Counted from the stretch's first letter, positions 17,306 through 28,700 are shown. The stretch: DNA of 64,000 nt from Pseudomonadota bacterium (GCA_018240565.1 JAFEFO010000040.1:37000-100999); one strand, 5' to 3'. Numbers and translations: made by a program. The notes: generated by a model not told the origin, from the sequence alone.

Positions 17306-18618
17306 CGCGCGTCCCGCGCCCGGGCATCCGCCGCAAGATCTGGACGGTCTACGTCCTGCAGGTCGCGGCGATCAGCCTGGCGACCATCCTTGGCGTCTAC
17401 GGCGCGGCAACGGTGCTCGAAGACGTGCTGATCAAACGCGCGCTCACCGGCGAGGCCGCGTTTTACTGGCAACGATGGGATCGCAACCATGCTGCGCCGG
17501 TGCCGGAAACCAACAACATGACCGGCTACCTGCTCACGCAGGGCGCCGACCCGGTGGTGCTGCCTGACGTGCTGCGCCCGCTCGATCCCGGATATCACCG
17601 CATCCAGTACAAGGGCAGTTTCGAACTCGTGCAGGTTTCCGACGGTCCGCCCGGACGCCTGTATCTCGTGTTCAATCAGGAACAGGTCGGGCGCCTGGCC
17701 TTCCTGTTCGGCTTCGTGCCGCTGATCCTCGTCCTGCTCATCATCTACCTCACCACGTGGCTGACGTATCGCGCATCGCGGCGCGCATTGTCGCCGGTGA
17801 TCGCGCTGGCCAAGGTCGTGCGCGACTGGGATCCGAAGCAGCCGGACCTGGCCGCGCTGGATCCGCGCAACCTGTCCAGCGATCCGGACGGCGACGTCGA
17901 AACCCTGGCGCGCGCGCTGCATGGTTACGCGACACGGATCGAGGAATTCGTCGAACGCGAGCGCAACTTCACCCGCGATGCCAGCCACGAGCTGCGCAGT
18001 CCGCTGACCGTGATCAAGCTCGCCGCCGACGTACTCGTCGACGAAGACGCCTCGCCGTTTGCGCAGCGCGCCCTGCAACGCATCCGCCGCTCGGTGCGCG
18101 ACATGGAGGCGATGATCGCCGCGTTCCTGATCCTGGCGCGTGAATCCGATACCGGCCTGCCGAGCGAGGACTTCGCCGCCAACGATGCCGTGCGCGAGGA
18201 AATCGAGCGTGCGCGGCCGTTGCTCGACGGCAAGCCGGTGACCCTGGATCTGGAAGAACGCGCGCGGTTTTTCCTGCATGCGCCGCCGAAGGTATTCGCG
18301 GCCATGGTCGGCAATCTCATCCGCAACGCCTGCCTGTACACCGAGTCGGGCAGCGTGCGCGTCGTCGTTGGCGAGGATTTCGTCAGCGTCAGCGACAGCG
18401 GCATCGGCATGAGCGGCGATGAGATCGCGCATGCCTTCCAGCCGTACTTCCGCGCCGGGCGCAGCGCCAGCGCCGGCCACGGCGTGGGCCTGTCCATCGT
18501 GCGTCGGCTCTCCGAGCGTTTCGGCTGGCCGGTGGAAATGCACAGCGCGGTCGGCGCCGGCACCACCGCGACGATCCGTTTTCCGCAACGCTTGCCAGCG
18601 CCGCCGGTGGCGTCATAA
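17302..18618 (+). CDS. Sensor histidine kinase, partner of the preceding regulator
   Basis: Two TM segments. H-box SHELRSPLTVI, plus N/G boxes (IRNAC, DSGIGM, GHGVGLSIV). There is an ATGA overlap with the regulator gene. Confidence 0.9.
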   Translation: MTRVPRPGIRRKIWTVYVLQVAAISLATILGVYGAATVLEDVLIKRALTGEAAFYWQRWDRNHAAPVPETNNMTGYLLTQGADPVVLPDVLRPLDPGYHRIQYKGSFELVQVSDGPPGRLYLVFNQEQVGRLAFLFGFVPLILVLLIIYLTTWLTYRASRRALSPVIALAKVVRDWDPKQPDLAALDPRNLSSDPDGDVETLARALHGYATRIEEFVERERNFTRDASHELRSPLTVIKLAADVLVDEDASPFAQRALQRIRRSVRDMEAMIAAFLILARESDTGLPSEDFAANDAVREEIERARPLLDGKPVTLDLEERARFFLHAPPKVFAAMVGNLIRNACLYTESGSVRVVVGEDFVSVSDSGIGMSGDEIAHAFQPYFRAGRSASAGHGVGLSIVRRLSERFGWPVEMHSAVGAGTTATIRFPQRLPAPPVAS

Positions 18619-18648
18619 TCGGCGCATGTCGTCCTGGAGTGCACGCCG

Positions 18649-19638
18649 ATGTTTCGCAAATTCGCCGCCATTGTCCTGTCCGTTTTCGGCGTTTGTGCCA
18701 TGAGCGGCGCCGCCACGCCCATTCTGGTGATCCACGGCGGCGCCGGCGTGATCAAGAAGGAAATGGATCCGGCCACGCAGAAGGCGGTGCGAGCGGCGCT
18801 TACCACCGCGCTCGAACATGGCTATGCGCAACTGGCGGCCGGCAAGCCGGCGCTGGATGCGGTGACCGCCGCGATCACCGTGCTCGAGGACGACCCGCAC
18901 TTCAACGCCGGCAAGGGCGCGGTGTTCAACCATGACGGCAAGAACGAACTCGACGCCTCGATCATGGACGGCGCGACCTTGCGCGCCGGCGGCGTGGCCA
19001 ACGTGCATCGCGTCAAGAACCCCATTCTGCTGGCGCGCGCGGTGATGGAGCATTCCCCGCACGTGCTGATGTTCGGCGACGGTGCCGAGGAATTCGCCAA
19101 GACGCAAGGCATCGCCCTTGTCGATCCGAAATATTTCTGGACGGAAAAACGCTGGCAGGAATTGCAGCAGGCGCTCAAGCAGGACGCCGCCGGCCAGCAT
19201 GCGGATGTCGAGGCCGAAGGCCATTTCGGCACGGTCGGCGCGGTGGCGCTGGACAAGGCCGGTCATCTGGCGGCGGCAACGTCCACTGGCGGCATGACCG
19301 ACAAGCGCTTCGGACGTGTCGGCGATTCGCCGATCATCGGCGCGGGCACCTACGCGAATGCCGGTTGCGCGGTGTCGGGCACCGGTTGGGGCGAGTACTA
19401 CCTGCGCACCGTGGCCGCGCACGAGATCTGCATGCGCGTGACGCAAATGCACCAGCCGCTGAAAGAGGCCGCCGAATACGTGATCAACAAGGAAATTCCC
19501 AAACTCGGCGGCGACGGCGGCGCCATCGTGCTCGGCGCGGATGGCCAGTTCGCCACGCCCTTCAACACCGACGGCATGTATCGCGGCTGGGTGGACAAGG
19601 ACGGCAAGATCCACGTCGCGATTTTCGCCGGCGAGTGA
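18649..19638 (+). CDS. iaaA: Isoaspartyl peptidase / L-asparaginase (Ntn hydrolase), exported
   Basis: Signal peptide. LVIHGGAG is present, and the autoprocessing site is HFGTVGAVALD. Confidence 0.85.
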   Translation: MFRKFAAIVLSVFGVCAMSGAATPILVIHGGAGVIKKEMDPATQKAVRAALTTALEHGYAQLAAGKPALDAVTAAITVLEDDPHFNAGKGAVFNHDGKNELDASIMDGATLRAGGVANVHRVKNPILLARAVMEHSPHVLMFGDGAEEFAKTQGIALVDPKYFWTEKRWQELQQALKQDAAGQHADVEAEGHFGTVGAVALDKAGHLAAATSTGGMTDKRFGRVGDSPIIGAGTYANAGCAVSGTGWGEYYLRTVAAHEICMRVTQMHQPLKEAAEYVINKEIPKLGGDGGAIVLGADGQFATPFNTDGMYRGWVDKDGKIHVAIFAGE

Positions 19639-19645
19639 GCGCGCC

Positions 19646-19798
19646 ATGACCCTGTGTCCGGTGGCATTGGCGGTCGGCTGCAAACGCTGCCCGGTGTTTG
19701 CGATCTGCCCGGCGAAGGCGCTGATTGGCGATTACAAGCCCGAAGCGCAGAAATCGCCGAAGTCCGAACCGAATTCGGCGCGCAAACCCAAGCGTTGA
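19646..19798 (+). CDS. Candidate small Cys-rich protein (50 aa)
   Basis: MTLCPVALAVGCKRCPVFAICPAKALIGDYKPEAQKSPKSEPNSARKPKR has four Cys in the first 21 residues and a Lys/Pro-rich tail. It starts 8 nt after the iaaA stop. No homology evidence is available to me. Confidence 0.35.
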   Translation: MTLCPVALAVGCKRCPVFAICPAKALIGDYKPEAQKSPKSEPNSARKPKR

Positions 19799-19831
19799 AT
19801 TCGCGGGGGAAAAATGAAGTTCTTCTTTTGC

Positions 19832-19920
19832 TCGTCATTCCGGCGAAAGCCGGAATCCATCTTGATTTTCGCCTATTGAATCAAGGTCAAGATGGACCCC
19901 GGCTTTCGCCGGGGTGACGA
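19832..19920. repeat. Family B palindromic repeat, short MITE-like form with about 34-bp terminal inverted repeats
   Basis: The left end is TCGTCATTCCGGCGAAAGCCGGAATCCATCTTGA. The right end is TCAAGATGGACCCCGGCTTTCGCCGGGGTGACGA. Each end is itself a hairpin. Confidence 0.8.
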
Positions 19921-19944
19921 AAAACACAGTAAATCAGATGTTCC

Positions 19945-20856
19945 CTACAGGCGCAGGCTGACGGTCATTCGCGCCTGCCACGGCGCAATGAGCTGGTTGC
20001 CGCGCACGTTCTGCCACAGCGGTGCTTCGATGTCGGCGAATACGCGCAGGCGCCGCAGGCGCAGTTCCAGCCCGGGAGCCGCGAGCAGGCGCGCATAACC
20101 GGTATTGTCCGCATCGCCGTTGACGCCGCCGTCGGGACGACGCAGCGAGCCCAGCGCCTGCAGCATCGGCGTGAGTTCCACGCCGGACGCGAAGCGCCAA
20201 CTGTCCGGATACGCGCCGAACACGGCATTGAATTCCGTGCCCGGCCGGTATCCGCCTTGCGTCGCCAGCGGCACGTCGACGAGCGCCTGCACGAAGCCGC
20301 TCCAGCTCGCGGCCAGGTCGCCGAATCGGAACTGGCGGTAGCCGCCCAGCAATGCGTCCGTGCTGCCGCTGCCGATTTGTGTATCGCGGTCGAAGCCGGG
20401 ATGTTTCCAGTCGCCATTGGCCAGCTTCAGGCCGAAGTCGAGGCCGCTGGACATGTCGCCGGAAAAGCCGGTGTACAGGCCCATGATGCGGATGTCGCCG
20501 ATCGCCGCGTGATCCGTGGCGACTGGCAGGTCGTCGTCGACGCTGGAAAAATGCCGTTGGTCGTAAGGGACTTCGACCGAGAATCCCCAGGCGCGATCGA
20601 ACAGATGGCGCAAACCGATGCTCTGGTACAGCGTGCGGATGTGCTGGTCCTCGTTGTCGGCCGCCGGCGCCCTGGCGGTGCCCGACCAGTTGTCGGTCTG
20701 ATCCAGGTAACTCATCTGGTAGATGAGTTGCGTGCCGGCGCCTTGCGGCAGCATGGCCGATCCGCCGACTTCGAACACGCCGCAACCGCAGGCACAGGCC
20801 CACAGTCGCAGCGGGGCACAAAGGGCGAGAACGATGGGCAGTCGGCGCAACAGCAT
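19945..20856 (-). CDS. Putative outer-membrane beta-barrel protein
   Basis: Signal peptide MLLRRLPIVLALCAPLRLWA followed by CACGCGVFEV. Alternating amphipathic strands occur throughout. The start may be 20856 or 20886. Confidence 0.55.
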   Translation of the reverse strand: MLLRRLPIVLALCAPLRLWACACGCGVFEVGGSAMLPQGAGTQLIYQMSYLDQTDNWSGTARAPAADNEDQHIRTLYQSIGLRHLFDRAWGFSVEVPYDQRHFSSVDDDLPVATDHAAIGDIRIMGLYTGFSGDMSSGLDFGLKLANGDWKHPGFDRDTQIGSGSTDALLGGYRQFRFGDLAASWSGFVQALVDVPLATQGGYRPGTEFNAVFGAYPDSWRFASGVELTPMLQALGSLRRPDGGVNGDADNTGYARLLAAPGLELRLRRLRVFADIEAPLWQNVRGNQLIAPWQARMTVSLRL

Positions 20857-21045
20857 GGCTCGATCCGGCAACGGCAATGGGCGCACATTCTACGCGGACC
20901 TGTTCGCATTGCGGATTCCAATGTGCCGAAAGTAACGCCGGCAATTCACTTGCGGCGTTTTACAACCACTTACTTACCCGCTTGCCGGACTGCGATATAG
21001 TCCTTGGCGTTTGCGCCCACACGGGCGCGCCAGTCCGTCGTCGAC

Positions 21046-22269
21046 ATGCCCCAACGCCCATCCTTGTTCGCGCGCAATCGCGCATTGCTGATCATCATCG
21101 CGGTCATCGCCGTCGTCGCGGTCGGTGGCTACTGGCTCGCGCACCGCACCAGTGTGCCGGAGGGATTCCGCTTCGGCCGCGGGCCGATGGGCGCGGGCGG
21201 CATGGCCATGCCGGTGGGCACCGCCACGGCGAAGACCGGCGACATCGGCATCGATCTGGATGCGCTGGGCACGGTCACACCCTTGCGCACCGTGGCCGTT
21301 CGTCCGCAAGTCGGCGGTCTGCTGCAGGGCGTGAATTTCAAGGAAGGCCAGGAGGTCAAGCAGGGCGACGTGCTGGCGCAGATCGATCCGCGTCCGTTCC
21401 AGGCCGCGCTGTTGCAGGCGCAAGGCGCGCTCGCGCGCGACCAGGCCTTGCTCGCCAATGCGCGCGCGGACTTGAAGCGCTACCAGGACGTGGCGCCGCA
21501 GGGCCTGATTCCGGAGCAGACGCTGGCCACGCAGAAGGCGCTCGTCGCGCAGTACGAAGGCACGCTCAAATCCGACCAGGGCCAGATCGACACGGCCAAT
21601 CTGAATCTGGGTTACGCACGCATCACCGCGCCGATCGATGGCCGTGCAGGTTTGCGTGCGGTCGATCCCGGCAACACGATCGCGACCACCGACACCCTTG
21701 TCACCATCACCCAACTCAAGCCGATCGACGTGCTGTTCACGATTCCGGAAGACAACCTGCCGGAACTGCTCAAGCACATGAATGACGCGAGCCTGAAGGT
21801 CGATGCACTCAGCCGCGACAAGACCACGGAATTGGCCAGCGGCACCCTCGCCAGCCTCGACAACCAGATCGACACCTCGACCGGCACGGTGAAGGCCAAG
21901 GCGGAATTCGCCAATGCCGACGAGAGCCTGTTCCCGAACCAGTTCGTCAATGTACGCGTGCACCTGACCACGCTGACCGGCGCGACGGTGATCCCGACCG
22001 CCGCGTTGCAACGCGGCGCCGATGGCATGTACGTGTTCGTGGTCGGCGCCGATCGCACGGTCAAGCAGCGTCCGGTCAAGACCGGTGCGAGCCAGGGCCA
22101 GGAAATCGCCGTGACCGACGGTCTGAAGCCGGGCGACATCGTCGTCACCGATGGCGCCGACAACCTGCGCGATGGCAGCAAGGTCGAGCTGCCGGGCGAG
22201 GCGCCGCCGCCAGCGAAGGCGGCGTCATCCGAACGCGGAAAATGGCACGGGAAATCGAACGGTGGTTGA
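21046..22269 (+). CDS. mdtA: RND efflux periplasmic adaptor MdtA
   Basis: Long collinear similarity, from memory, to E. coli Mdt[44 protein letters not shown]....LFPNQFVN.R. Confidence 0.85.
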   Translation: MPQRPSLFARNRALLIIIAVIAVVAVGGYWLAHRTSVPEGFRFGRGPMGAGGMAMPVGTATAKTGDIGIDLDALGTVTPLRTVAVRPQVGGLLQGVNFKEGQEVKQGDVLAQIDPRPFQAALLQAQGALARDQALLANARADLKRYQDVAPQGLIPEQTLATQKALVAQYEGTLKSDQGQIDTANLNLGYARITAPIDGRAGLRAVDPGNTIATTDTLVTITQLKPIDVLFTIPEDNLPELLKHMNDASLKVDALSRDKTTELASGTLASLDNQIDTSTGTVKAKAEFANADESLFPNQFVNVRVHLTTLTGATVIPTAALQRGADGMYVFVVGADRTVKQRPVKTGASQGQEIAVTDGLKPGDIVVTDGADNLRDGSKVELPGEAPPPAKAASSERGKWHGKSNGG

Positions 22270-22278
22270 GACTTCGAG

Positions 22279-22422
22279 ATGGTTGGCGATTTCTTTGCCT
22301 GTCATTCCGGCATGGATTGCCGGAATCCAGTTGCCACGGATGGCATCCCTGCGGTCTGGATGCCCCTCGGTCGGCTGTCGCCGACACTCGACCCTGCCGG
22401 CATGACGGATAACCTCGAATGA
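22279..22422 (+). CDS. Element-encoded 47-codon ORF spanning the mdtA-mdtB gap; translation unproven
   Basis: My translation is [50 protein letters not shown] 22279 lies 10 nt after the mdtA stop. Its TGA (22420-22422) overlaps the mdtB ATG (22419) as ATGA. Confidence 0.3.
   Translation: MVGDFFACHSGMDCRNPVATDGIPAVWMPLGRLSPTLDPAGMTDNLE
22301..22408. repeat. Family B palindromic repeat (type-1 end GTCATTCCGGCATGGATTGCCGGAATCCAG, type-2 end CGACCCTGCCGGCATGACGG)
   Basis: Read directly. It has the same ends and internal CCAG..GCA.GGATGCC block as the copy at 58618-58763, in the same orientation relative to the host operon. Confidence 0.8.
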
Positions 22423-25400
22423 ACCCCTCCAGACTTTTTATCCTTCGCCCCGTCGCCACCAGCCTGCTGATGGCGGCGATCATGCTCGTGGGCATCCTCG
22501 CGTATCGCTACCTGCCGCTGTCGGCGCTGCCCGAGGTCGACTATCCAACGATCCAGATCACCACGTTGTATCCGGGCGCGAGCGCGGACGTGATGCTCTC
22601 GTCGGTCACCGCGCCGCTGGAACGCCAGCTTGGCCAGATGCCCGGCCTGAACCAGATGTCCTCGACGAGTTCCGCCGGCGCCTCGGTGCTGACCCTGCAG
22701 TTCAGCCTGGACTTGTCGCTGGACATCGCCGAGCAGGAAGTGCAGGCCGCGATCAATGGCGCGGGTACCTTCCTGCCCGCGGATTTGCCGACGCCGCCGA
22801 TCTACAGCAAGGTCAATCCCGCCGATGCGCCGGTGCTCACGCTGGCGCTGATGTCGACGACGCTGCCGCTGACCCAGGTGCAGGACCTGGCCGACACGCG
22901 TCTGGCGCAGAAGATTTCGCAGATCGACGGCGTGGGTCTGGTCACCTTGTCCGGCGGGCAACGCCCGGCGGTGCGCGTGCAGGCCAATCCGACGGCGCTG
23001 TCGGCATACGGCCTGAGCCTGGAAGACTTGCGCAGCGCGATCGGCAACGCCAATGTCAACGGCGCCAAGGGCAGTTTCGACGGCCCGACGCAATCGTACA
23101 CCATCGACGCGAACGACCAGCTCAAGTCCGCTGCAGCGTACAACGACCTGATCATCGCCTACCGCAACGGCGCGCCAGTGCGCCTGCGCGACGTGGCGAC
23201 GATCGCCGAGGGCGCCGAGAACGATCGACTCGCGGCGTGGAAGGACACCAAACCTGCCATCATCATGAACATCCAGCGTCAGCCCGGCGCGAACGTGATC
23301 GAGGTGGTCGACCGCATCAAGGCGTTGCTGCCGTCGCTCACCGCGACCCTGCCCGGCGGTGTGCAGGTGAGCACGCTGACCGACCGCACCGTGACCGTGC
23401 GCGCCTCGGTCGCCGACGTGCAGTTCGAGTTGCTGCTCGCCGTGGCGCTGGTGGTGATGGTGATCTTCGTCTTCCTGCGCAATCTGCCGGCGACGATCAT
23501 CCCGAGTTTCTCGGTGCCGCTGTCGATCGTCGGCACGTTCGCGGTGATGTACCTGGCCGGCTTCTCGCTCGACAACCTGTCGATGATGGCGCTGACAATT
23601 TCCACGGGCTTCGTCGTCGACGACGCCATCGTCATGATCGAGAACATCTCGCGCTACCTCGAGGAAGGCGACACACCGCTCGAAGCGGCGCTGAAGGGAT
23701 CCAGGCAGATCGGCTTCACCATCATCTCGCTGACGATCTCGCTGATCGCCGTGCTCATCCCGCTGCTGTTCATGGGTGACGTGGTCGGGCGGCTGTTCCG
23801 CGAATTCGCGATCACGCTGGCGGTGACGATCCTGATCTCGGCGGTGGTGTCGCTGACTTTGGTGCCGATGCTGTGCGCGAAGATCCTGCGCCACTACAAA
23901 CCCGATGAGGAAAGCGCGTTCGCGCGCCGCAGCCATGCCTTCATCGACCGCCTGATCGCGCTGTACGGGCGCTGGCTGACCTGGGTGCTGGACCGCCAGG
24001 GCGCGACCCTAGCCGTCGCCGTGGCGACCTTGTTTCTGACTATACTTTTATACATCGTGATCCCGAAGGGTTTCTTCCCGGTGCAGGACACCGGCGTGAT
24101 CCAGGGCATTTCCGAAGCGCCGCAAACGGTATCGTTCGCGGCGATGAGCCAGCGCCAGCAGGCGCTGGGCGCGTTGATCCTGAAGGATCCCGCGGTCGCT
24201 TCGCTGTCTTCGTTCATTGGCGTGGATGGCACCAACACCACGCTCAACAGCGGGCGTTTCCTGATCAACCTCACGCCGCACGGCACGCGCGACGATGCGC
24301 AGACGGTGATTCGTCGCCTGAATGCGTCCGCGGCGAAACTGCCCGGCATCGCCTTGTACCTGCAACCGGTGCAGGACCTGACGATCGAGGATCGCGTCAG
24401 TCGCACGCAATACCAGTTCACGCTCGAATCCACCAGCCTGGCCGACCTTGAAACCTGGGTGCCGAAGCTGGTCGAAGCGCTCAACCAGCAACCGCAACTG
24501 GCCGACGTGGCCAGCGACCTGCAGGCGCGCGGCTTGCAGGCCTATCTTGAAATCGACCGCGACAGCGCCGGACGCCTAGGCATCACCGCCGCCGCGATCG
24601 ACAACCTGCTCTACGACGCATTCGGCCAGCGCCTGATCTCGACCATCTTCACCGAGGCAAACCAGTATCGCGTGGTGCTCGACCTGTTGCCCGAGTTCAA
24701 GCAGGGCCCGCGCGCGCTTTCCAATGTCTACCTGCCCGGCCTGAGCAATGCCAACAACGTTTCGCAAACCCCGCAAGGCTCGGTGAATTCGCCGGGCGGC
24801 GCGCAGTCGGCCACCGGCGGCGCACCGCAGGGCGCGAGCAGCGCGACGGTCACGACCAACCAGGCACCGGCCTCGAACGGACTCGTGCCGCTCAGCGCCG
24901 TGGTCAAGGTCAGCGAGCGCAGCGCGCCCTTGCTGATCGATCATTTGGGCCAGTTTCCGGCGACGACCGTGTCGTTCAACCTCGCGCCGGGCGCCTCGCT
25001 CGGCGCAGCCGTGGACGCAATCCGCGCCACGGAAAAATCCCTCGGCATGCCGGCCAGCATCAATACCGCCTTCCAGGGTGCCGCGGCTGCCTTCCAGGCA
25101 TCGCTGACGAACGAGATCCTGCTGATCCTCGCCGCCATCGCCGCGATGTACATCGTGCTCGGCGTGCTGTACGAAAGCTACATCCATCCGATCACCATCC
25201 TGTCCACGCTGCCCTCGGCCGGTGTCGGCGCATTGCTCGCGCTGATGATCGCCGGCGAGGACCTGTCCATCGTCGCCATCATCGGCATCATCCTGCTGAT
25301 CGGCATCGTCAAGAAGAACGCGATCATGATGGTCGATTTCGCGCTCGATGCCGAGCGCAACGAGGGCAAGTCGCCGCGCGAGGCGATCTACCAGGCCTGC

Positions 25401-25646
25401 CTGTTGCGCTTCCGGCCGATTTTGATGACGACGCTCGCCGCGCTGTTCGGCGCGCTGCCGCTGATGCTCGGTACGGGCGTGGGTTCGGAACTGCGTCATC
25501 CGCTGGGCGTGACCATCGTCGGCGGCATGATCGTCTCGCAGATGCTGACGCTGTTCACCACGCCGGTGATCTATCTGTGGTTCGATCGGCTGGCGCGGCG
25601 GGTGGATGCGCGCTCAACGGCGGACTCGATGCAGGTGACGCCATGA
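22419..25646 (+). CDS. mdtB: RND multidrug efflux pump subunit MdtB
   Basis: 1075 aa with the 12-TM RND architecture. The N-terminus is [21 protein letters not shown]. It is followed by a second RND paralogue, as in mdtABC. Confidence 0.9.
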   Translation: MNPSRLFILRPVATSLLMAAIMLVGILAYRYLPLSALPEVDYPTIQITTLYPGASADVMLSSVTAPLERQLGQMPGLNQMSSTSSAGASVLTLQFSLDLSLDIAEQEVQAAINGAGTFLPADLPTPPIYSKVNPADAPVLTLALMSTTLPLTQVQDLADTRLAQKISQIDGVGLVTLSGGQRPAVRVQANPTALSAYGLSLEDLRSAIGNANVNGAKGSFDGPTQSYTIDANDQLKSAAAYNDLIIAYRNGAPVRLRDVATIAEGAENDRLAAWKDTKPAIIMNIQRQPGANVIEVVDRIKALLPSLTATLPGGVQVSTLTDRTVTVRASVADVQFELLLAVALVVMVIFVFLRNLPATIIPSFSVPLSIVGTFAVMYLAGFSLDNLSMMALTISTGFVVDDAIVMIENISRYLEEGDTPLEAALKGSRQIGFTIISLTISLIAVLIPLLFMGDVVGRLFREFAITLAVTILISAVVSLTLVPMLCAKILRHYKPDEESAFARRSHAFIDRLIALYGRWLTWVLDRQGATLAVAVATLFLTILLYIVIPKGFFPVQDTGVIQGISEAPQTVSFAAMSQRQQALGALILKDPAVASLSSFIGVDGTNTTLNSGRFLINLTPHGTRDDAQTVIRRLNASAAKLPGIALYLQPVQDLTIEDRVSRTQYQFTLESTSLADLETWVPKLVEALNQQPQLADVASDLQARGLQAYLEIDRDSAGRLGITAAAIDNLLYDAFGQRLISTIFTEANQYRVVLDLLPEFKQGPRALSNVYLPGLSNANNVSQTPQGSVNSPGGAQSATGGAPQGASSATVTTNQAPASNGLVPLSAVVKVSERSAPLLIDHLGQFPATTVSFNLAPGASLGAAVDAIRATEKSLGMPASINTAFQGAAAAFQASLTNEILLILAAIAAMYIVLGVLYESYIHPITILSTLPSAGVGALLALMIAGEDLSIVAIIGIILLIGIVKKNAIMMVDFALDAERNEGKSPREAIYQACLLRFRPILMTTLAALFGALPLMLGTGVGSELRHPLGVTIVGGMIVSQMLTLFTTPVIYLWFDRLARRVDARSTADSMQVTP

Positions 25647-25792
25647 AGCCGGTGGTTTTCGCACCTCTCCCGCTGGCGGGAGAGGTCGCGCCGCAGGCGC
25701 GGGTGAGGGTGGTTGGACTTTACGATGCCGCCACCCTCACCCCGACCCTCTCCCGCCAGCGGGAGAGGGGGAAGAACGGTCGCGCGCCATGA
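25643..25792 (+). CDS. Element-encoded 49-codon ORF spanning the mdtB-mdtC gap; translation unproven
   Basis: [49 protein letters not shown]. Its ATG 25643 overlaps the mdtB TGA (25644-25646) as ATGA. Its TGA (25790-25792) overlaps the mdtC ATG (25789) as ATGA. Confidence 0.35.
   Translation: MKPVVFAPLPLAGEVAPQARVRVVGLYDAATLTPTLSRQRERGKNGRAP
25664..25771. repeat. Family A composite palindromic repeat
   Basis: Order: CCTCTCCCGCTGGCGGGAGAGG, GGGTGAGGGTGG, spacer, CCACCCTCACCC, CCCTCTCCCGCCAGCGGGAGAGGG. Confidence 0.85.
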
Positions 25793-28700
25793 ACCCCGGC
25801 GGCATCTCCTCGCCCTTCATCCGCCGGCCGGTGGCGACGACGCTGCTGACCATCGGCGTGCTGTTGTCCGGCGCGTTTGCCTTCACCCTGCTGCCGGTTG
25901 CGCCGTTGCCGCAGGTGGATGTGCCGGCGATTTCGGTCAGCGCGGATCTGCCCGGCGCGAGCCCGGAAACGATGGCGACGTCGGTGGCGACGCCGCTGGA
26001 GCGCCAGCTGGGACGCATCGCCGGCGTCACCGAGATGACCTCGTCCAGCTCGCGCGGCAGCACGCGCGTGGTGCTGGTGTTCGACCTGAGTCGTGACATC
26101 GACGGCGCCGCGCGCGACGTGCAGGCCGCGATCAACGCCGCGCGCGCGCAACTGCCAAGCGGCATGCCGGGCAATCCGAGTTATCGCAAGTTCAATCCGG
26201 CCGACGCGCCGGTGATGATCCTCACGATGACCTCGAAGACCCTGAGCCGGGCGCAGATGTACGATGCGGCGTCCACCATCGTGGCGCAGAAGATCGCGCA
26301 GGTGCAGGGCATCGGCCAGGTCGAAGTGAGCGGCTCCTCGTTGCCGGCGGTGCGCGTGGAGCTCAATCCGACGGCGCTCAATCATTACGCGATCGCGCTC
26401 GACACCGTGCGCACCGCGATCCAGAACGCCAACGCGAACCGGCCCAAGGGCTTCGTCGAACTCGACGATCGCCACTGGCAGATCGCGACCAACGACCAGG
26501 CGCGCGAGGCCAGCCAATACCGCGACCTGATCGTGGCCTGGCGCGGCGGCGCGCCGGTGCGCCTGTCCGATGTCGCCGACGTGCAGGATTCGGTCGAGGA
26601 TGTGCGCAACCTCGGCCTGTCCAACGGCGAGCCGGCGGTGATCGTGCTGCTGTACAAGCAGCCGGATGCCAACATCATCGCCACCAGCGATCGCGTGCAG
26701 GCGCTGATTCCGCAGTTGCAGGCGTCGATTCCGGCCGACATCCAGATCAAGGTGGCGTCGGAGCGCACCAGCACGATCCGCGCGTCCCTGCACGACGTCG
26801 AACGCGCGCTGATCATCGCCACGCTGCTCGTCATCGGCGTGGTCTTCGTGTTCCTGCGCAATGGCCGCGCCACGCTGATTCCCGCCGTGGCCGTGCCGGT
26901 GTCGCTGGTCGGAACATTCGCGATCATGTACCTGTGCGGCTTCAGCCTCGACAACCTGTCGCTGATGGCGCTGACCATCGCCACCGGTTTCGTCGTCGAC
27001 GATGCCGTGGTCGTGCTGGAGAACATCACCCGGCACATGGAAGCAGGCATGCCGCGGTTGCAGGCGGCGCTGCTCGGCGCGCGCGAGGTCGGCTTCACCG
27101 TGCTGTCGATGAGCCTGTCGCTGATCGCCGTGTTCCTGCCGATCCTGCTGATGGGCGGCATCGTCGGGCGTCTGTTCCGCGAATTCTCGGTGACCTTGTC
27201 GGTGGCGATCCTGGTGTCGCTGGTGGTGTCGCTGACGACCACGCCGATGATGTGCGCGCGGCTGTTGCGCCACGACGAGAAAAAAGCGCCGAGCCGCTTC
27301 GCGCAGGCCAGCCAGCGCGCGTTCGATGCCGTGCACCGCTTCTACGAACGCACCCTGCGCGCGGCGCTCGCCGCGCCGGGGCTGACGATCTTCACCCTGT
27401 TCGCCACCGTGTGCCTGAATGTATTTTTATACATCGAGGTGCCGAAGGGATTTTTCCCGAGCGAGGACACCGGGCGCCTGGTCGGTGGCATCCGCGCCGA
27501 CCAGAGCATCTCGTTCCAGGCGATGTCGGGGAAAATGAAGGACCTGATGCGCATCGTCAAGGCGGATCCGGCCATCGATACCGTGGTCGGCTTCACCGGC
27601 GGCGGCGGGCACAGCAATGGCGGCTTCATGTTTGCATCGCTCAAGCCGCTGGCCGAACGCGGCGGGGTTTCCACCGACGATGTGATCAATCGCCTGCGGC
27701 CGGTGTTGAGCCGCCAGCCCGGCGCGCGCTTGTTCCTGCAGGCGGCGCAGGACATCCGCACCGGCGGGCGCCAGAGCAATTCCACTTACCAGTACACGCT
27801 GCTCAGCGACGATCTGGATGCCTTGCGCACCTGGGGCCCGAAGATCGCCGCGGCGTTGCAGAACGTGCCCGAAGTCACCGACGTCGACAGCGACCAGCAG
27901 GACAAGGGTCTGGAAACGCAGCTCGTGTTCGACCGCGATGCGGCGGCGCGGCTGGGCATCACCACGCAGCAGATCGATTCCACGCTCAATGACGCGTTCG
28001 GCCAGCGCCAGGTGGCGACGATCTACAACGCGCTCAACCAGTATCACGTCGTCATGGAAGTCGCGCCGCAGTACCAGCAGGATCCTTCGGCGCTCGATGA
28101 CATCCAGGTGCAGAACCGCTCCGGGCAGATGGTGCCGCTGGCCGCGTTCGCGCACTACCAGCCGGGCAATGCGCCGCTGGAAGTCGAGCACCAGGGCCAG
28201 TTCGCCGCCACCACCATTTCGTTCAACCTGCCCGCGGGCGTGAGTCTGGGAGAAGCGTACCAGGCGATCGCCCTGACCATGGCGCGCCTGGGCGTGCCGC
28301 CATCGATCCACGGCAGCAGCGCGGGCACCGGGCAACTGTTCGCGCAATCGCAAAGCTCGGCACCGTGGCTGATCCTCGCCGCACTGCTCGCGGTGTACAT
28401 CGTGCTTGGCGTGCTCTACGAGAGTTATGTGCATCCGTGCACGATCCTGTCCACGCTGCCGTCGGCCGGCGTGGGCGCCATCGTGGCATTGCTGATCTGC
28501 CGCACCGAGTTCAGCCTGATCGCGTTGATCGGCGTGATCCTGCTCATCGGCATCGTCAAGAAGAACGCGATCATGATGATCGACGTGGCGCTCGATGCCG
28601 AACGCAACCGGGGCATGGGCGCGCACGACGCGATTTTCCACGCCTGCCTGTTGCGCCTGCGCCCGATCCTGATGACCACGCTCGCCGCCATGCTCGGTGC

